DNA from: Takakia lepidozioides
Lineage: Eukaryota > Plantae > Bryophyta
Length of the DNA stretch: 64,000 nucleotides
Direction: 5' to 3'
NCBI GenBank assembly: GCA_030704615.1
Contig: CM060733.1
Span: forward strand, 60,016,001 to 60,080,000
Each line of letters begins with the position of its first letter. Position 1 is the stretch's first letter. Made by a program: the position numbers and the translations under genes. Of this stretch, positions 60,201-64,000 are shown piece after piece. The notes beneath the pieces were generated by a model that worked only from the letters and a program-made list of their open reading frames with translations, did no database searches and had not been told where the DNA came from.

Positions 60201-63018
60201 CTACTGACAGAAATAAGGCGGGCTGCTTGTGGAATCAAGCCATGAGAGCATAACATGTCCAACTTTTCGGAGGAGGTTGCAAAAGCCTCTGCTATACGTG
60301 TTAAACACACTGATGCATGCTCCACCACCTGAAAAAAGTGAATTTCAAAGCCTCAGGCAAAGTAAGAAGACCGAGGATTGAAGCCACGACGGAGCTGGAC
60401 ACCGAAGCAACACTAGCTTACAGGTTGGATGCGTAGCCAAAAGGCAGGCCCCCCTACAGATTCACTAGATTGTATCAGGGCACAACCAATTGTGCCCCCC
60501 CCCCCCCCCGGCGGAACACATGACCTGCTACAAGTTCCTGATCCCAACCCTAAATAGACGATCCATTTCTTGGCAAGCTCATGACAGCAGGTGACCCACC
60601 ACTTCACACTGCCAAGGAGGCTCTCTCACTGTCTTCTCCTTTGTCAGTCGATGTACCCTGCAGCCGAGAAGAAGGTGGAGGAGCCTCTAAATACCATATC
60701 CAGGAAATTGGTTGCAAGAAGATATTTCTGTTCCACCCTTACTTTGAGAGAGCACACTTGTAGGGAATAAACTAACTGGAAGGAAGCCAAAGAGCTGCGA
60801 TTCCTTCTTTACTAACAACAACTCCCATTGACCATAACCTACAGGACATGCTTGGAGCGTGTCAAGTCACCGAGACATTTGAAAGCATCGGAGCGACATG
60901 GATGCGAGAAACCATCAAGGAACTGTACTAAGAACAGTCCCACCAGCTAGAACACACTGGGTTGGTATGGAAGAACAGCTGAAACCACTTCACTGAGAAC
61001 TCCAGGGGAAACAGGAGCCAGTACTGTGTTCCTTGACCTAAAGATTACCTTGGAGTCTTGATACTGCAGAAGGTTGGTCAACAAGGGAACAGCCTCTGTC
61101 ACAAAATCTGAAGCATCTGAAGGAAGCTGCCGGCAGATGTTTGCAGCAGTGGAAACTGCTACTCTCTGCATGACAAAATGAGTAAGCCTCAAGGATACAA
61201 TTGGGTTGGAGTCCAACAGAAACACCCAAGATAGTTCTTAACCCTAAAAGCATCCATGCACAAGACTAATCAAGCTGCCCTCCTACAAACCACCACATGT
61301 TAAACGTATACAACAGGAGAAAGGCAACCTCACAAAGAACAAAACAATGTGTGTTGATCTTACTTGAACACCAGTGGAGAAGAAGTCCAGGTAAGATAAA
61401 ACTGCCATCAGTGCTCCAGCGCGAAGACAAGCTGTAGGATGCTCATGAGAGATCTTCTCCAATGCCTGCAAAGACTGCAGCTTGCCCAAAATTGGCTCAT
61501 ATCAGATACTTCCTTTCCGCACATGCATTACTGCGAGCTGAAATCAGTATCAGCCACCTCTCATTCTGGTTCATGAGGCCATGGTGGTGCCGAACACAGA
61601 ATCTACAGGGCTCCGACAAAACCTCCCATTCAACGGTTGCCAGAAAGCATTTTTCGACTTGCATCATTTCTTTTGGATATAATTTGCTGGAATCATTATG
61701 TGGCCCATCTCCACCACCACCATATCTAGATGCAAACATCACTACCATAAATAAGGTGAAAAAGAAGTCATTCTCACATGCACTATCACCCGAAGTTATC
61801 CCCCAGGCCAGAAAATGCAATGACGTGATCAGAACTATCTCCACTACTTTCCAAATTGCAGCAGGAAAATCCGACCAACATTTGACAACAATCCAGGGAC
61901 CACTCCTCAAGAGCAGAGTACATCTTTGCTAGAAAGATCAGATGACAACTGGCTCACTATTCTCTTCCCATTCACAAAATAACAGAATGAGGGTATCAGG
62001 TCCATCATGTGCTACAACTGCTCCACAGAGAGCTTCCATGTAACCCCACCCAATGTAAGGTCCCGGATATCCATTGATGATGTACCTGTTCTGCAAGGTC
62101 GATGTACTCGATAGTGAGCAGGCGGGCACAAAAACATGGAACGGCTCCATAGTGCACGACCGCAGCACATGAAGATGGCAAAACATCACAAAGGTGGGTC
62201 AAGGCCCTGGCTGCCAGCAACATCATATCTGGATTATACTCATAATTTAGAAGCCCCACGAGCACCGGCACAAACGAATCCACCGAGAAGCTGCTGAGCG
62301 ACTCTTCAGTTCCAATTGACAACAATTCACACAATTGGGAAAGAGATTCCAATTGCCGACCCTCTTCTGCTTCAGAGCGCAGACCCGTGAGAATTCGCTT
62401 CAGCCTGCTGTTCTGATGCGACGAAGGTGTCGACGAGGGTAAGAGGTCATCAAGTCCAGCCCCGAGCTTTCTCAGCAAGCCATGCAGTGCACTACTGGCT
62501 GATGCCAGGTTTTGGTGCAAGGTACTGGCCCCCTCCCCGTCATTATCATCCTCCCCTCCACTAGCTGCTGCCACGGCCCTATCTCTATCTGCTCTATCGC
62601 GGACCCGCTCCCTCTCTTTTTCAGGTTCCTTCTCTTTACCTTTCTCTAACTCTCGCTCCTTCTCCTTTTCCGTCTCACTTCCTCGTTCCTCATCTTTCTC
62701 AAGCGGATGCTTAAACGACTTATCGCTATCTCTCCTCCCTGACTTGTCGTGATCCCTCTTCGACCCCGACGCCAAAGCTTCTGTTCCGGAATCCATCCCA
62801 ATCTCAAGAGAGTGCGTTGTTGATGTGGCAGCCGCTGTGGCGGCAGCGGCAGCGGCTGTGGATGTGCGTGTGGAAGGGCGGGCACGAGGGGGGGGATTGG
62901 AAGCAGATGCAGATGCAGTAGCAGCAGCAGACAGGCGTGCTCTCTTTGATCGCAATGGTGCAGCAGGGGATGGCCGATGCGACGTGGCCTCCACCCGCTT
63001 GCGGCTGCGCGTTTCCAT
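51268..63018 (-). CDS. UPL3: ARM-repeat HECT E3 ubiquitin ligase, UPL3/KAKTUS (UFD4/TRIP12 family), about 17 exons
   Basis: METRSRKR start at 63018; LCELLSIGTEESLS; CARLLTIEYIDLAEQ; RLQRQKVRVSRNRILDSA; EVGTGLGPTLEFY; FVTGAPRLPPGGL; catalytic PSVMTCANYLKLPPYS (~51430-51480); ends EGQGSFDLS* at 51268. GT-AG introns. Confidence 0.97.
59139..59423. mobile_element. Possible small MITE in a UPL3 intron
   Basis: 12-bp inverted repeat ATAGTGTGACAT...ATGTCACACTAT with several internal tgtca motifs. No TSD established. Confidence 0.3.
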
Positions 63019-64000
63019 AAAAAAATCCACCCCTCCCCCCCCCCCTCCTCCCTCCTCCTGCCCTCCTCCTTCACACAATCTCACCACCTCCAGTACATCT
63101 TGCAATTCTGCACATCCTTGCCAGCATCTCACACTCCCCCGCACATCCTAGGGTTCCTCCTTGTTCCTCAATTCCTCGCTATCTCTCTACAATCTACACA
63201 GCAATCCCCGCAGCAGATGATGAAGAGCACAAGGCTTGCGATCCCTGCCCGCACCGAGTGATCCCTCAAAGACCTGGCCAGCAATAGGGCGCCCTCCCAA
63301 CCTTCAACCCTCCCGAGGCCTCATGCCTCATGCCCCGCATGCCTCCCATCCACGCATGCCCATCATGCCCATCCCTCACGCTATCGTGGCCGCGATGCAG
63401 GCGTCCCCTGCCCGCCCTGCCCGCCCTGCCCGTAACGTTTGCCTTGCCCCCTCTCAGATCCCTCCTTCCTTCCTACCTCCCATTCCCACTCTTCGTAGAG
63501 TCCTAGTGTTTTTATTTCTGGCGAAATTTCGCAATTTTTCGACCTCAAAAAATAAAATGGAATATTCTGTCGTAAATTCGCTGTTTTCTCATGGATGAAA
63601 TCGCCAAACTTCTCCAAATATTATATGAATTCGCCTAATATGGATGATATATAAGGATGAAAGTACAGAGGAGTATGATTCTATCCAAATTTCAGAGGAT
63701 GAACAGAAAATATGGCTATTTCTTGCAAAACTCAGTAGCCACTCCTGTTATTTTCCAAATCTCAAAAAAAAAGACTGCTTCGTACCTGCCATCCTCTTTT
63801 CCTACCTGCCACCACATCACCAAACTGTTACGTCTGTAGCTTGGTAACCCTCCACTACCCTCTTGGACGTAGGTCGTACCTGCCTACGAATAGGCAGATG
63901 GTTTTGCTTACTGTAAAAATGTGGGCACCGACATAATCTATTGGAGAATAAGTATGTTTTTAAGAATTGGGTTCTCAGCTCTTAAATTGTTATTATTATT

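Noticed and set aside
60495-60509. Poly-C run (also ~6026-6038) as a regulatory element
   Set aside because: Simple homopolymers with no further support, and their length is error-prone in assemblies.

Overview
Eukaryotic, intron-rich land-plant DNA. It is most likely from a non-seed plant (bryophyte-like), judged from gene and repeat style; the species cannot be determined. Intact-looking genes are a UPL3/KAKTUS-type ARM-HECT E3 ligase (minus, ~51.3-63.0 kb), an intronless atypical MAPK-like kinase lacking the TxY motif (minus, 46.4-47.9 kb) and a DUF1639 gene (minus, 22.8-24.6 kb). There is also a lesioned multi-exon gene of unknown function (26.8-32.9 kb) followed by an inverted copy of part of itself, plus PMM and Agenet pseudogenes. 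The rest is nested transposon debris: CACTA-like ends, a MULE/SWIM-type transposase, a hAT MITE, a tRNA-derived SINE, tandem Helitron-like units, Copia fragments and a TRIM chain with a tRNA-like cassette inside one LTR. Most notable: (1) a Gypsy element with a dUTPase-like domain, apparently split into two oppositely oriented halves 28 kb apart that rejoin in frame at a shared 11-mer, implying a MULE insertion followed by a large inversion; (2) the tRNA-bearing TRIM chain; (3) a perfect T-shaped terminal hairpin at 20.5 kb; (4) an array of palindromes separated by T-tracts. Everything was read by eye, so splice sites, boundaries and identities are approximate.
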